Shown piece by piece: positions 30,439 to 40,800 of a stretch of 64,000 nt of DNA. Made by a program: the position numbers and the translations under genes. Source of the stretch: Acidimicrobiia bacterium (GTDB lineage Bacteria; Actinomycetota; Acidimicrobiia; Spongiisociales; ZC4RG35). Each line of letters opens with the position of its first letter. Position 1 is the stretch's first letter. The stretch lies in assembly GCA_965215185.1 (NCBI GenBank), contig OZ244034.1, forward strand, positions 1,311,569-1,375,568. Reading direction: 5' to 3'. The notes below the pieces were generated by a model. That model saw only the letters and a program-made list of their open reading frames with translations. It had not been told where the DNA came from and ran no database searches.

Positions 30439-31909
30439 GAGCGGCCATTGCGATGGCGACCAGGGGAGCCGCGGCCTTGTTCATAGTCTCCTCGTACTCG
30501 AGACCAGGCAGGCTGTCGGCCACCACCCCCCCGCCGGCCTGCACCCAGGCCGAACCGTCCGCCACAATCACGGTACGCAGGCAAATGGCGGTATCCATCG
30601 TTCCAGAGAAGTCGATATAGCCCACCGCTCCCGCATAGGGGCCCCGCGCCACCGGCTCCAGTTCGTCAATGATTTCCATGGCGCGCACCTTGGGAGCGCC
30701 CGACACCGTCCCATGGGGAAAGGTTGCCCGCAGCACATCCACCGGACCCACTTCGGGCCTCAGTGTCCCCGAAACCGCCGAGACGATGTGCATGACATGG
30801 GAGTAACGCTCCACCACCATCAGGTCGTCCACGTTCACGGTCCCGAATTCGCATACCCGGCCCACGTCGTTTCGGGCTAGGTCGACAAGCATGACGTGCT
30901 CGGCCCGCTCTTTGGGGTCGGCAAGCATCTCCTCGGCCAGGGCCGCGTCCTCGGCCGGGTCGGCGCCGCGGGGACGGGTACCGGCAATCGGACGGGAATA
31001 GACCTTGCCGTCTCGAACCCGGGTCATCAACTCCGGAGACGAGCCGATCACCGAGACGCCCGGGGAGCGTAGGAAGAACAGATAAGGTGAGGGGTTGATG
31101 AGCCGAAGCGCCCGATAGATGTCAAAGCTGTCCCCGTCAAAAGGAACGGTGAGCCGTTGGCTGGTAACCACCTGGAAAACGTCTCCGGCCCAGACATATT
31201 CCCGGGCTTTCAGCACCGCCGCCTCGTACTCGGCGCGGGTAAAGGTGGACGTGTAAGGAAGACGGGGCGGCGGCTCGGGAGCGACCGCCTGGAGCTTATA
31301 GCGAAAGGGCGCCGCCAGACGGGCCGCGTCTGCGGTCAACCGGGCGACCCCTTCCCGGTAATCGGCCTCGGGGTCCTCTCCCACGTAGACGTTTCTCATC
31401 AAGGTGATGGTCTGGGTAAAACGGTCGATGGCGGCCAGCCCGCCCACGAACTGCCACAGCATCTCGGGTAGCTGCCGATCATTGGGAGGCTGGGAGGGCA
31501 GAGCTTCCACATAACGGACGCAGTCATAACCCAGATACCCCACCATCCCCGCATAGAGGGGAGGCAGACCGGGCATGTGGGGAATAGAGAACTGCCGGTG
31601 TAACTCCTCTAGTACCTCCAGGGGGTTGCCGGACGGAAGCTTCAGGTCGGTTCCCGTTACCTGGCATTTGCCCTCCTGGGAGGTGAGAATAAAAGCTGGA
31701 TCCCATCCCACAAACGACCACCTTGCCCAGCGCTCCCCTCCCTCGACCGACTCCAAAAGGAACCCGGGATCATCACCGGCCAGCTTCTGGAAGACCGTGA
31801 GCGGAGTCTCCCGGTCCCCGATCAGGTTCACCGCCAGGGGCACCACCCGACACTTGCCGGCCATCTCCAGGTACTCGCCGAGGGAAGGATTGACTGTGAG
31901 GTTGTTCAT
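30431..31909 (-). CDS. trpE: anthranilate synthase component I
   Basis: FLLESVEGGERWARWSF feedback-site motif and chorismate-binding C-terminal domain (GAVGYIDFSGTMDTAI). Confidence 0.85.
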   Translation of the reverse strand: MNNLTVNPSLGEYLEMAGKCRVVPLAVNLIGDRETPLTVFQKLAGDDPGFLLESVEGGERWARWSFVGWDPAFILTSQEGKCQVTGTDLKLPSGNPLEVLEELHRQFSIPHMPGLPPLYAGMVGYLGYDCVRYVEALPSQPPNDRQLPEMLWQFVGGLAAIDRFTQTITLMRNVYVGEDPEADYREGVARLTADAARLAAPFRYKLQAVAPEPPPRLPYTSTFTRAEYEAAVLKAREYVWAGDVFQVVTSQRLTVPFDGDSFDIYRALRLINPSPYLFFLRSPGVSVIGSSPELMTRVRDGKVYSRPIAGTRPRGADPAEDAALAEEMLADPKERAEHVMLVDLARNDVGRVCEFGTVNVDDLMVVERYSHVMHIVSAVSGTLRPEVGPVDVLRATFPHGTVSGAPKVRAMEIIDELEPVARGPYAGAVGYIDFSGTMDTAICLRTVIVADGSAWVQAGGGVVADSLPGLEYEETMNKAAAPLVAIAMAARG

Positions 31910-31958
31910 CGGGAGAGAAAGGTTGGGAGGAGTTTCCCCGTGGGAGCGATTGGAGTGA

Positions 31959-32732
31959 TCAGATTTCTGTCAGGTTACTGAGCAGAGGCAGCGCCGCGAA
32001 GAGGTTGGAGACGACTCTTGACAGCCAACTGAGCCCGTTGAACATCATCAACACGCCAAAGCCAACCATCAGCACCCCCGCCGCGACGATCAGTGGTCGA
32101 CTGATCTTTCTGACCACCGCCAGGGCGCTGAATGCTTTGGAGAGCCCGATGCCCGACAGTACGAAGGGAACACCGATGCCCAGCGAGAAGACGAACAGGA
32201 GGAACATCCCCGCCAAAACGGTGTCCTGGGAGGCGGCGATGGCGAGCACTCCTCCCAGAATGGTGCCGATGCAGGGCGACCAGCCGAACCCGAATGCGGC
32301 CCCCAACACTACCGGGCTCAGAAATCCAAAACGGGTCGACACCACATGGAACCGGCGCTCCCGGGCGAAGAAGGCGAAGATCCCACGGGTAGAAAAGGAC
32401 ATCCCCACCATCACCACTCCGAACACGGCAATCACTGCTCCGGCGATGCGGGTGACCACCACCTGGTTCTGCAGCAGGAACCCCGAGATAGAAGTTGCCC
32501 CTGCTCCCTGCGCCACGAAGATGATGGTGAAACCGACCACGAACAACAGGGTGGCTTGGAGCATCTTGGCGGTAGAGGCCTCCCCCTTTTGCAAGTCGGC
32601 CACCGAGTACCCCGACACCATCGCCAGATATCCGGGCAGAAGCGGGAGGACGCAAGGGGAAATGAAAGCCAACAGGCCCCCTCCAAACGCCACCGCCAAC
32701 TGCAACGCCAATGCCATGTCCAAAAAGTTCAT
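31959..32732 (-). CDS. ccdA: cytochrome c-type biogenesis protein CcdA (DsbD-like thiol:disulfide transporter)
   Basis: LAFISPCVLPLLPGYLA and SPCIGTILGGVLA paired-Cys transmembrane motifs. Confidence 0.85.
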   Translation of the reverse strand: MNFLDMALALQLAVAFGGGLLAFISPCVLPLLPGYLAMVSGYSVADLQKGEASTAKMLQATLLFVVGFTIIFVAQGAGATSISGFLLQNQVVVTRIAGAVIAVFGVVMVGMSFSTRGIFAFFARERRFHVVSTRFGFLSPVVLGAAFGFGWSPCIGTILGGVLAIAASQDTVLAGMFLLFVFSLGIGVPFVLSGIGLSKAFSALAVVRKISRPLIVAAGVLMVGFGVLMMFNGLSWLSRVVSNLFAALPLLSNLTEI

Positions 32733-32788
32733 CCAAGTGCCTTCCGCGGGCCTATCAATGCGGGCAAATCCTTGCTCCGAACCCGATT

Positions 32789-34111
32789 TTACCTATTCGC
32801 GCCAATCCATGGAGTCAATCCCCGCCGAGCCCCCCACGCCAACACCAGGAACCGGACGACGATCATCGCGATGATTGCCCACCACACTCCCGACAGCCCC
32901 CCTCCCACCACATCCGAGAGCCACAACACCGCGGCGGCCACCACCAGGCCCGCCGCGGTGGAAACGGCCAGCAGACGGACCGCCAGCACCGCCATGAACA
33001 CCCCGTCGGCGACAAACACCAAAGCAGCCACCGGCTGCATCAACGCCGCGTGCGGTACCACCCCGGTCACCGCCCCCGCCACCGCCGGATCGTCGGTGAA
33101 CCAGCCGCCCAGCCTGGGACCCACCATCAACAGCAGGGCAGCGATCAGCACTCCCATCAAAAGTCCCCACCACACCAGGCGCTTGGTCACCTGGTGCGCT
33201 CCATCCGAATCCCGGCGCCCGGTACAGGATGCCACCAGCGACTGGCCGGCGATGGCCAACGAATCGAGCGTGAAAGCACACAGCGCCCACACCTGGATCG
33301 CGATCTGGTGGGCCGCCACCTCCACCGTCCCCACCCGGGCGGAGGCGGCGACGGTCAGGGTGAGGGTTCCCACCAAGAACACCGACCGCAACGCCAATAC
33401 GCCTCCCGTCCTCCAAAACCCGAGAATCCCGCTCCAGCCCACCACCCGAGACGACCATTGGTCCCGGCGGGCTCGCCGAGAAAGGAGCAGAAGAAAGCCC
33501 CCGGTTCCCAGCCACTGAGCGCAGACCGTGGCCCACGCTGCTCCGGCCAGACCCCATCCCAGCCCGAAGATGAGCAGCGGATCCAACAGAGCATTGAAGA
33601 TGTTGATCCCCACCGACACCCACATCGGGGTGCGGGTGTCCTCGTAACCCCGGTAAATCCCGTGGGAAACCAGATTCAAGAGGGCGGCGGGAAAAGCCAA
33701 GGCACGGATGCGCAGGTATTCCACAGCCGGCGCCGCCACCTCCGGGGTTGCCTGCATGAGATCGACCAAAGGGCCCGAAGCAGTCCAAAACAGGATGATT
33801 CCCAGCATTCCCAGACCCCCAGCGGTAACCAATGCCTGGTTCACCACCCGTACTGCCCCAACCCGGTCCCCTCGGCCGAGGCTTTGGGCGACCATGGGAG
33901 TCGTGACGAAGGCCAAAGAATTGCAGACCGCGAAAGCCATCCCGAACAAGGCGGCATCCACCCCCAAGGCTGCCAATTCCACCCTCCCCAGGCGGCCCAC
34001 GAAGGCCGTGTCCACTAAAGAGAGCAGAGGATCGGCGACCAGGGCGGCCAAGGCGGGAGCTGCCAGTGCCAGAATCCGGCGGTCCCATCTTCGACCAGGG
34101 TGTCGCATCAC
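32789..34111 (-). CDS. MATE-family efflux transporter
   Basis: 12-TM profile. ALAAPALAALVADPLLSLVDTAFVGRLG is the MatE N-terminal signature. Confidence 0.8.
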   Translation of the reverse strand: MMRHPGRRWDRRILALAAPALAALVADPLLSLVDTAFVGRLGRVELAALGVDAALFGMAFAVCNSLAFVTTPMVAQSLGRGDRVGAVRVVNQALVTAGGLGMLGIILFWTASGPLVDLMQATPEVAAPAVEYLRIRALAFPAALLNLVSHGIYRGYEDTRTPMWVSVGINIFNALLDPLLIFGLGWGLAGAAWATVCAQWLGTGGFLLLLSRRARRDQWSSRVVGWSGILGFWRTGGVLALRSVFLVGTLTLTVAASARVGTVEVAAHQIAIQVWALCAFTLDSLAIAGQSLVASCTGRRDSDGAHQVTKRLVWWGLLMGVLIAALLLMVGPRLGGWFTDDPAVAGAVTGVVPHAALMQPVAALVFVADGVFMAVLAVRLLAVSTAAGLVVAAAVLWLSDVVGGGLSGVWWAIIAMIVVRFLVLAWGARRGLTPWIGANR

Positions 34112-34151
34112 GGGCGGCGCCCCGCTCTCACCCGGTGGGAACGATCGGATC

Positions 34152-34904
34152 TCAGGAGCGGGCCGGCCAGTCGCACAGGCCGTCGAACATCATCTCGCAC
34201 TCGCCGCAACGAGGGGAACGGGCATCGCAAACATCCCGTCCGAATTGGATGAACCTCATCGAGATACCGGTCCATGCCTTGGTCGGATAAAGCGCCTTGA
34301 GGTCCATTTCAATCTTGGCGGGATCGGTCTGGACCGTCAGCCCGATTCTTCCCGTGACCCGCCGGACATGGGTGTCAACCGCAATGGCGGGGATGCCAAA
34401 GGCCTCGGCCAGCACCACGCTGGCCGTCTTTCTTCCCACCCCCCGCAGGGTGACGAGTTCCTTCAGATCGGTGGGCACCACCCCCGCGAATCTCTCGGTC
34501 AAATCACGGGAGAGTTCCACGATGGCCCGCGCCTTCTGCCGGTAGAAACCCGTGGAGAAAACCGCACTCTCCACTTCCTCCAGATCGGCCTCGCCCAGAT
34601 CCTGGGCAGTGGGCCACCGGTCAAACAACCCCGGGGTAACCCGGTTGACGTTTTCGTCGGTGGTTTGGGCCGACAAGACGGTGGAGACCAAAAGCTCCCA
34701 CGGATTGCGGTAATCCAACGCCGTCCCCGAGGATGGATAACGGCGGACGAGACGGTTGAGCACCGCCCGCGCCTTTCCTCGTTGGGCGGGGGTGGGCGCG
34801 CTACCGTCCGATAGGAACTTGGATGCCACTCGAACAGTGATGCTAGTTGCGCCATCTTCTCCCGGCGGGCGTAAAGTGACCAAGGAACCAACCAAACCCG
34901 TCAC
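34152..34904 (-). CDS. nth: endonuclease III
   Basis: HhH-GPD (LVTLRGVGRKTASVV) and C-terminal 4Fe-4S cluster loop CDARSPRCGECEM..C. Confidence 0.9.
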   Translation of the reverse strand: MTGLVGSLVTLRPPGEDGATSITVRVASKFLSDGSAPTPAQRGKARAVLNRLVRRYPSSGTALDYRNPWELLVSTVLSAQTTDENVNRVTPGLFDRWPTAQDLGEADLEEVESAVFSTGFYRQKARAIVELSRDLTERFAGVVPTDLKELVTLRGVGRKTASVVLAEAFGIPAIAVDTHVRRVTGRIGLTVQTDPAKIEMDLKALYPTKAWTGISMRFIQFGRDVCDARSPRCGECEMMFDGLCDWPARS

Positions 34905-34922
34905 AATCGAACTCCCCGGTTA

Positions 34923-35402
34923 ATGGAAGAACCCACCAACCTCGCCACCCAGCAACTGATCTCCGAGGTACGCCGCTACTACGGAGAGGGGTGCTTCGCC
35001 TGCGGCCAGAACAATCCTCACGGGCTTCGCATGGAAGGCTTCCGAATCCGGGACGGCCATGCGGTCGCCGAATTCAATCCCCGCGCCGAACTGCGGGGAA
35101 CCGAAGGCACCCTGCACGGGGGTGTCATCACCACCACCCTCGATGAGATCTCGGTGTGGGCGGCGATCCTCACTTTGCATACCATGGCCGTCACCGGGCG
35201 TCTCGAGATCAAGTTCCACCGGCCCACATTGGTGGACGATCCCCATCTGTGGGCACGCGGCCGAGTGGAGGAACACCGCGGGCGCCGCCTGATAATCAAT
35301 GCTCAACTGCTGTCGGGGGCCACCGTGTGCGCCTCTTCGAAGGGACTCTTTCTAGCCACCCAAAGCCTCGAGGAAATGGGTATCCGGATACCAATAGAGT
35401 GA
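34923..35402 (+). CDS. PaaI-family hotdog-fold thioesterase
   Basis: HGGVITTTLDEISVWAA catalytic segment of the PaaI/4HBT-like family. Confidence 0.7.
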   Translation: MEEPTNLATQQLISEVRRYYGEGCFACGQNNPHGLRMEGFRIRDGHAVAEFNPRAELRGTEGTLHGGVITTTLDEISVWAAILTLHTMAVTGRLEIKFHRPTLVDDPHLWARGRVEEHRGRRLIINAQLLSGATVCASSKGLFLATQSLEEMGIRIPIE

Positions 35403-35789
35403 ATCTGCCCGCTTGAGTGTTCTCCCCAGCAGGCAAGCGACGCGCTTAGTTCGAAAGTGACCCTCGTTCTTCCTGCTCCGACCAACGAAGACCCCGCCGG
35501 GCGAGACGGATGGCCACCGCCACCGCACCCATACCAACTCCCACCAAGCCGGTCAGTCGCACCACCGCCAGATAAGGAGCCGAACACAGCCAAACTCCCT
35601 CCGGGCATATTCCGAAACCGCTCCCGCCCCGAGCCAGGTCCAAGGCGGCCAGCACGGGGATCACCGCCAAGACAATGGCCATCACCACCAGTCCACCAAT
35701 CAGCACACGGAAAAACCCAGGGGTCATATCCCATAAAGGTACCCGCCATTTACAGCACAGCCGTGCCCATTCATATCATTACTGGCTCA

Positions 35790-37409
35790 ATGGACTACTA
35801 CCACGAGTCCTTCTCCGAGCAGGAGCGGGCGCTGCTGAGCCGCTTCTTCACCAACCTGGACGGCCCGGTGTTCGCCCTGGTCAACCTTCCCGAGGTGGTA
35901 AAGGGCGCCCTCTTCGCCCGCTACAGCCGCACCCACAAGTCGCTGCGGCGGCTTTTTTTGGACGAGTTCGTCACCGATCCCGCGGTTGGAATCGAGGCCA
36001 TCGCCACCGAAATGAGCCAAGACGATCCCCTCATCAAACTAAAGCGGGCCGAAGAACTGTATAAGCGGGTCTTCTACGAGTACGGGGACGACTCGGTGGC
36101 ACAGTTGGGAGGAGTGCATCTAGCCTGCGAGCAAGCGTCCAATCTGTTGACCAAAGTGTTGGAATGGGGCCGTCTGGCCGCCTATCTGGAACAATCCACC
36201 CGCTACATCGCCTACGACCAGCCCCTGGGAGGCAAGTACCGGTTTTTCCTTCCTTCCGAGATCGAGGCGTCCCATTTGCGGAAGGATTATCTGTCCATGA
36301 TGAACGGGCTGTTCGACACCTACCGAGAGATGGTCCGGGTGATGATTGAGCATTTCTCGCAACGCCATCCTCGCCGTCCAGAGGACCCGGCCTGGGTGCA
36401 TCGGGCTGCCATCCGCGCCAAAGCCTTCGACTCGGTGAGGGGACTGCTGCCTGCCTCCACCATCTCCAATGTGGGTATCTACGGCACCGGGCAGGCTTAC
36501 GAAATGGCACTGATCCGCATGCAGGCTCACCCTCTGGCTGAAGTACGTGACTACGGATCGATGATGCTCTCAGAACTGCGCAAGGTGATCCCCTCCTTTC
36601 TAACCCGGGTGGATCTCCCCGACCGGGGGGTGGCGTGGAGCCGCTATCTCTCCGACACCACTTCCCGCCTGGAGGAGATGGCCGACCGTTTGGGTTTACA
36701 GCCTGTCGAGGGGGCGGAGGTGACCCTCACCGACTGGGACCCCGACGCAGAGCGGAAACTGGCCGCCGCGGCCTTGTACGGGGTGTCGGAGCTTTCCGAC
36801 ACCCAGTTGCAGGAGGCCGTGGATCGGATGTCGCCCTCCCAAATCACCCATTTGATCGCCGCCCTGGTGGGAGACCGCGGTAATCGACGGCACAAACCGG
36901 GCCGGGCTTTGGAACGCAGCTATTACCGCTTCGATGTCACCTGCGACTTCGGCGCCTTTCGCGATCTGCAACGCCACCGGATGATGACTATCGAATGGCA
37001 GCCGCTCACCGCCCGGCTGGGCTACCAGCGGCCCGCGGAGCTCTCAGACGCCGGCCTCGAGAAGGTCTGGGCCGACGCGTTGGACCGGGCCGGGGAGTTC
37101 TATGAGCAGTTACGGGAAACCCTGGGTCGGCAGGTCGCCCAGTATGCGGTGCCCTTCGCCTACCGGATCAGGTTCATGATGGAGATGAATGCCCGCCAGG
37201 CCCTGCATCTCATCGAACTTCGCACCCAACCGGCCGGCCACCCCAGCTACCGGCAGGTGTGCATAGAGATGCACCGCCAGATCGCGGAGAAGGCCGGACA
37301 TACCAGGATCGCCGAAGCCTTCACCTTCCTGAATACCCAGGGCGTAGACCTGGAAAGATTGGAGTCAGAACGCCGTTCCGCGCGACGCGCCGCGAAGCGA
37401 CAACAGTAG
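35790..37409 (+). CDS. tandem Thy1/ThyX-fold protein (flavin-dependent thymidylate-synthase-like), divergent motifs
   Basis: N-terminus VFALVNLPEVVKGALFARYSRT parallels the ThyX N-terminus. First domain has WGRLAAYLEQSTRY in place of RHRxxxxxxxSxRY. Second domain retains QRHRMMTIEW. Start is set at ATG 35790; the upstream 111 aa of the ORF is Pro-rich junk. Confidence 0.4.
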   Translation: MDYYHESFSEQERALLSRFFTNLDGPVFALVNLPEVVKGALFARYSRTHKSLRRLFLDEFVTDPAVGIEAIATEMSQDDPLIKLKRAEELYKRVFYEYGDDSVAQLGGVHLACEQASNLLTKVLEWGRLAAYLEQSTRYIAYDQPLGGKYRFFLPSEIEASHLRKDYLSMMNGLFDTYREMVRVMIEHFSQRHPRRPEDPAWVHRAAIRAKAFDSVRGLLPASTISNVGIYGTGQAYEMALIRMQAHPLAEVRDYGSMMLSELRKVIPSFLTRVDLPDRGVAWSRYLSDTTSRLEEMADRLGLQPVEGAEVTLTDWDPDAERKLAAAALYGVSELSDTQLQEAVDRMSPSQITHLIAALVGDRGNRRHKPGRALERSYYRFDVTCDFGAFRDLQRHRMMTIEWQPLTARLGYQRPAELSDAGLEKVWADALDRAGEFYEQLRETLGRQVAQYAVPFAYRIRFMMEMNARQALHLIELRTQPAGHPSYRQVCIEMHRQIAEKAGHTRIAEAFTFLNTQGVDLERLESERRSARRAAKRQQ

Positions 37410-37416
37410 GAGTGGG

Positions 37417-37638
37417 CTAGCCCCCGCCTCCCAACGGAGTCCGCAGCACCAGGTGGCCGTCCTCCACCGACCACTTGGCGGCCCCCACCAGGGAGTAGTC
37501 CAAGAAGTCTTCCTCAGCCTGTTTTAGGAACCGGCGGCGTTCCTCACCGGCCACCGGTGGAAGGGAACGATTCCTCACCGCTTCCGCCCGCGTCCGAAAC
37601 CGCGCGATCAACGCATCAACATCAAGTTGCTCAGCCAT
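37417..37638 (-). CDS. small hypothetical protein
   Basis: 73-aa ORF MAEQLDVDALIARFRTRAEAVRNRS... Start is chosen at the internal ATG of a 120-aa ORF. Confidence 0.3.
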   Translation of the reverse strand: MAEQLDVDALIARFRTRAEAVRNRSLPPVAGEERRRFLKQAEEDFLDYSLVGAAKWSVEDGHLVLRTPLGGGG

Positions 37639-37813
37639 ATCACAAAGAAGAATACCCCTGACACGCTCCAACCTATTCAGGTTAAGCAACATCTGAGAGA
37701 AACGACGATACCCAAGCGTTTTGCTTGCAGATGTGCATGCAAAGCTCTGCTGCGCATTTCCCGGTTGCCCCTGAGCCATTGGGGTCTTCTAAGTTCGCAC
37801 CCCTTTTCGTCTC

Positions 37814-40800
37814 TTAAGCAACTACCGAGTCGGCGCCCAGCAACTGTTGGAGTTCGGCGACCATCTGTGGGTCTCCGCTCACTTTCGGTTTGGAGGTGTA
37901 GAAGTGAGCGCCGCTTTCCTTGATGTGGAACACCACGCGTTTTGCTCCCGGATATCGACGTAACACCTCTCGCAGCTTGTGGGCGTTGTCCCGTTCGCTC
38001 ACAAAGCTCATGCTCAAACTGATATCCAGCGAGGGAGGGGCCGGTTGCAGCAGTTGCACCTTGGCGCAGATCAACTGCACTCCGTCTTCTCGTCGGTCCA
38101 CCCGGCCGGAAATCACCACCATCTGGTCCACTGCCAGTATGTCCCCACTGCGTTTTACCACCTGAGGAAAGACCACCACCTCCGTCTCGCCCTCCAGGTC
38201 CTCCATGGTCAACACCATCATCCGGTCGCCCTTGCGGGTCCACTTGGTCACTGCCTTAACGATCAGTCCCGCGACCTTCACCTTGGACTGGTCGGGATAA
38301 TCCTCCAAGGCGGTGGTGACCGCATCGGCGGCCGCTCGCAAGTCACGGGCCTTTTCCGCCAAGGGATGATCGGAGAGATACAATCCCAGCATCTCTTTTT
38401 CGAAACCGAGGCGCACCTGCTTGTCCCACTGCCGGTCAGAGATGTCGGGCAAGGTGAGATCGGGCAGTCCCCCGCCGCCGAACAAGGAGAACTGGCCGGA
38501 TTCTTCGCTGCGACGGCGGTCCACCACCGAATCAACTATCAAGGCAAGCACCTCGGTCAGGCCCCGACGGGTGTGACCCAGGCCGTCGAATCCCCCCGCC
38601 TTGACCAGCGAATCCAGGGTGTTACGCCGCAGAGCTTCCACCGCCACCTTTTCGCAGAAGTCCACAAAGCTGCGGAAATGACCCTTCTCTTCGCGCGCCT
38701 CGATGATCTTTTCGGCCACCGATTCGCCCAAGTTGCGGATGGCGGATAGCCCGACCCGTATGCTCCCCGACCGCACCACATAGTCCATTCCCGACTCATT
38801 GACATCGGGCACTTTGACGGATAGCCCCATCCGCCGACACTCCCTGAGGTACATGGCGGTGCGATCCCGGTTGCTCTTGGAGGAGGTGAGCAGAGCCGCC
38901 ATGTACTCAGCCGGATGGTTCGCCTTCAGGTAGGCGGTCTGATACGCTATCAGTCCGTAGCAGGCCGAATGCGACTTGTTGAATCCGTAACCAGCGAAGT
39001 GGCTGATCAGCCCGAATAGCTCTCGGCCGGTGGACCGGTCGTACCCCTGGGATACACAACCCTCCACGAATTTCTCCTCCTCGGCGTCCATCACCGCCTG
39101 GATCTTCTTGCCCATCGCCTTGCGGAGATTGTCGGCCTCCTCCATGGTGTATCCGGCCATGGTTCGGGAGACTTCCATCACCTGCTCCTGGTAAACGAGG
39201 ATCTGGTAGGTGGAGTCCAACAAATCCGTCAAGGTGGGGTGAAGGGGCTCTACCGAAGCGCGGCCGGTCTTTCGATCGGCATAGAGGTTGTGCATATTGG
39301 CGCCCATGGGACCGGGCCGATAGAGGGCCACCAACGCCACCACGTCGTCGAAGCGATCGGGACGCAGACGTTGAATCAGAGTTCTCATCTGCTCACCCTC
39401 GAGTTGAAATACTCCAATGGTCTGGGCCGCCTGTAGCAGCTTGAAAGTGGCGGGGTCATTCAGGGGGATGTGATCGACGTCGGGCCGGTGTCCGGTCGCC
39501 TCCTCCACCAGATCAAGAGTCCGCTCGATGGTGGAAAGATTGCGAAGTCCCAGAAAGTCCATCTTCAGAAGCCCGAGTTCTTCTACCGCCCCCATCTCGT
39601 ACTGGGTAACCACCTCCGCGTTCTTGCCCTTCTGCTGGACAGGAACCAACTCGGTCATCGGAACCGGCGAGATCACCACCCCGGCGGCGTGGATGGAATC
39701 CTGGCGCCGCAGGCCCTCCAGCCCCCGGGCGGCGTCGATCACCTTGCGGGCATCCGGGTCGGTGTTGTAGAACTCACGCAGACCAGCCGCGTTGGCGTAC
39801 CAATCTTTTACTATCCCGTCACTGTTGGGAGGGGGTGCATTGAGACACTGGTTAAGGGAAGGTTCCTTGCCCAGAATGGCCGAGGGCATCTGTTTGGCCA
39901 ACTGGTCTCCTACCCGGTACTCGTAGCCGTAGACCCGGGCGGCGTCGCGGATCGCCTGCTTGCCTTTGATGGTGGCGAAGGTGACTATCTGCGCCACATG
40001 GTCCGAGCCGTACCGCTCCCGCACATATTCGATGATCTCGCCGCGATAGCGCTCGTCGAAATCGATGTCGATGTCCGGCATCGCCGCCCGCCCGGGATTG
40101 AGGAATCGTTCGAAAATCAACCCGTACTCCAGAGGGTCGATTTGGGTGATCTCCAGGCAATAGGAGACCATGGAACCCGCCGCCGAACCTCGCCCAGGGC
40201 CGGTTCTGATGCCTCGATGCCGCGCCTCGCGGATCAGGTCCCAGATGATCAGAAAATAGGTTTCGAAGCCCATCTCCGCGATAACTCCCAACTCGTAGTG
40301 GATCCGCTCTGAGACCGCGGTGGACACCTGACCGGCATACCGCTTCCGGGCGCCCTCCCACACCAGGTCCTGCAGGTAGGAAGAGTGGGTTCGGCCGGCA
40401 GGGGTGGGAAAGTCGGGCAGAAGCAGTTTCCCCATCTCCATTCGGACATCAACTCGCTCGGCCACCCGCAGCGTGTTGTCACAGGCGCCTGGGTATAGGT
40501 CTGCCGGAAACAGTTCCCGCATGCTGCTGGCCGGCTTGATATAGAACTCCTGGGTACCAAAACGCAGCCTGTTTTCGTCGGAGAGATTGGAGCCGGTGTT
40601 GATGCAGAGCAGCACATCGTGGGTCTCTGCCTCATCAGGTCGGGTGTAGTGCGAATCGTTGGTCGCCAAAAGCGGGGCGCCCACCCGTTTGGCGAGTTTC
40701 ACCAATTCGGGAAGCAGGCCACGTTGCTGCGGCAGGTTGTGATCCATGATCTCTATGAAGTAATTCTCCCGCCCGAAGATGTCTTGATACTCTGCCGCGG

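Noticed and set aside
32346-34814. Plus-strand ORFs of 390, 435 and 368 aa, and 32005..32874
   Set aside because: Antisense shadows of the ccdA and MATE transporter genes. His/Arg/Pro-rich nonsense translations.
35446-35727. 93-aa minus-strand ORF with two hydrophobic helices
   Set aside because: Possible small membrane protein, but it lies in the Pro-rich false extension region upstream of the ThyX-like gene. No start-context support, so not called.
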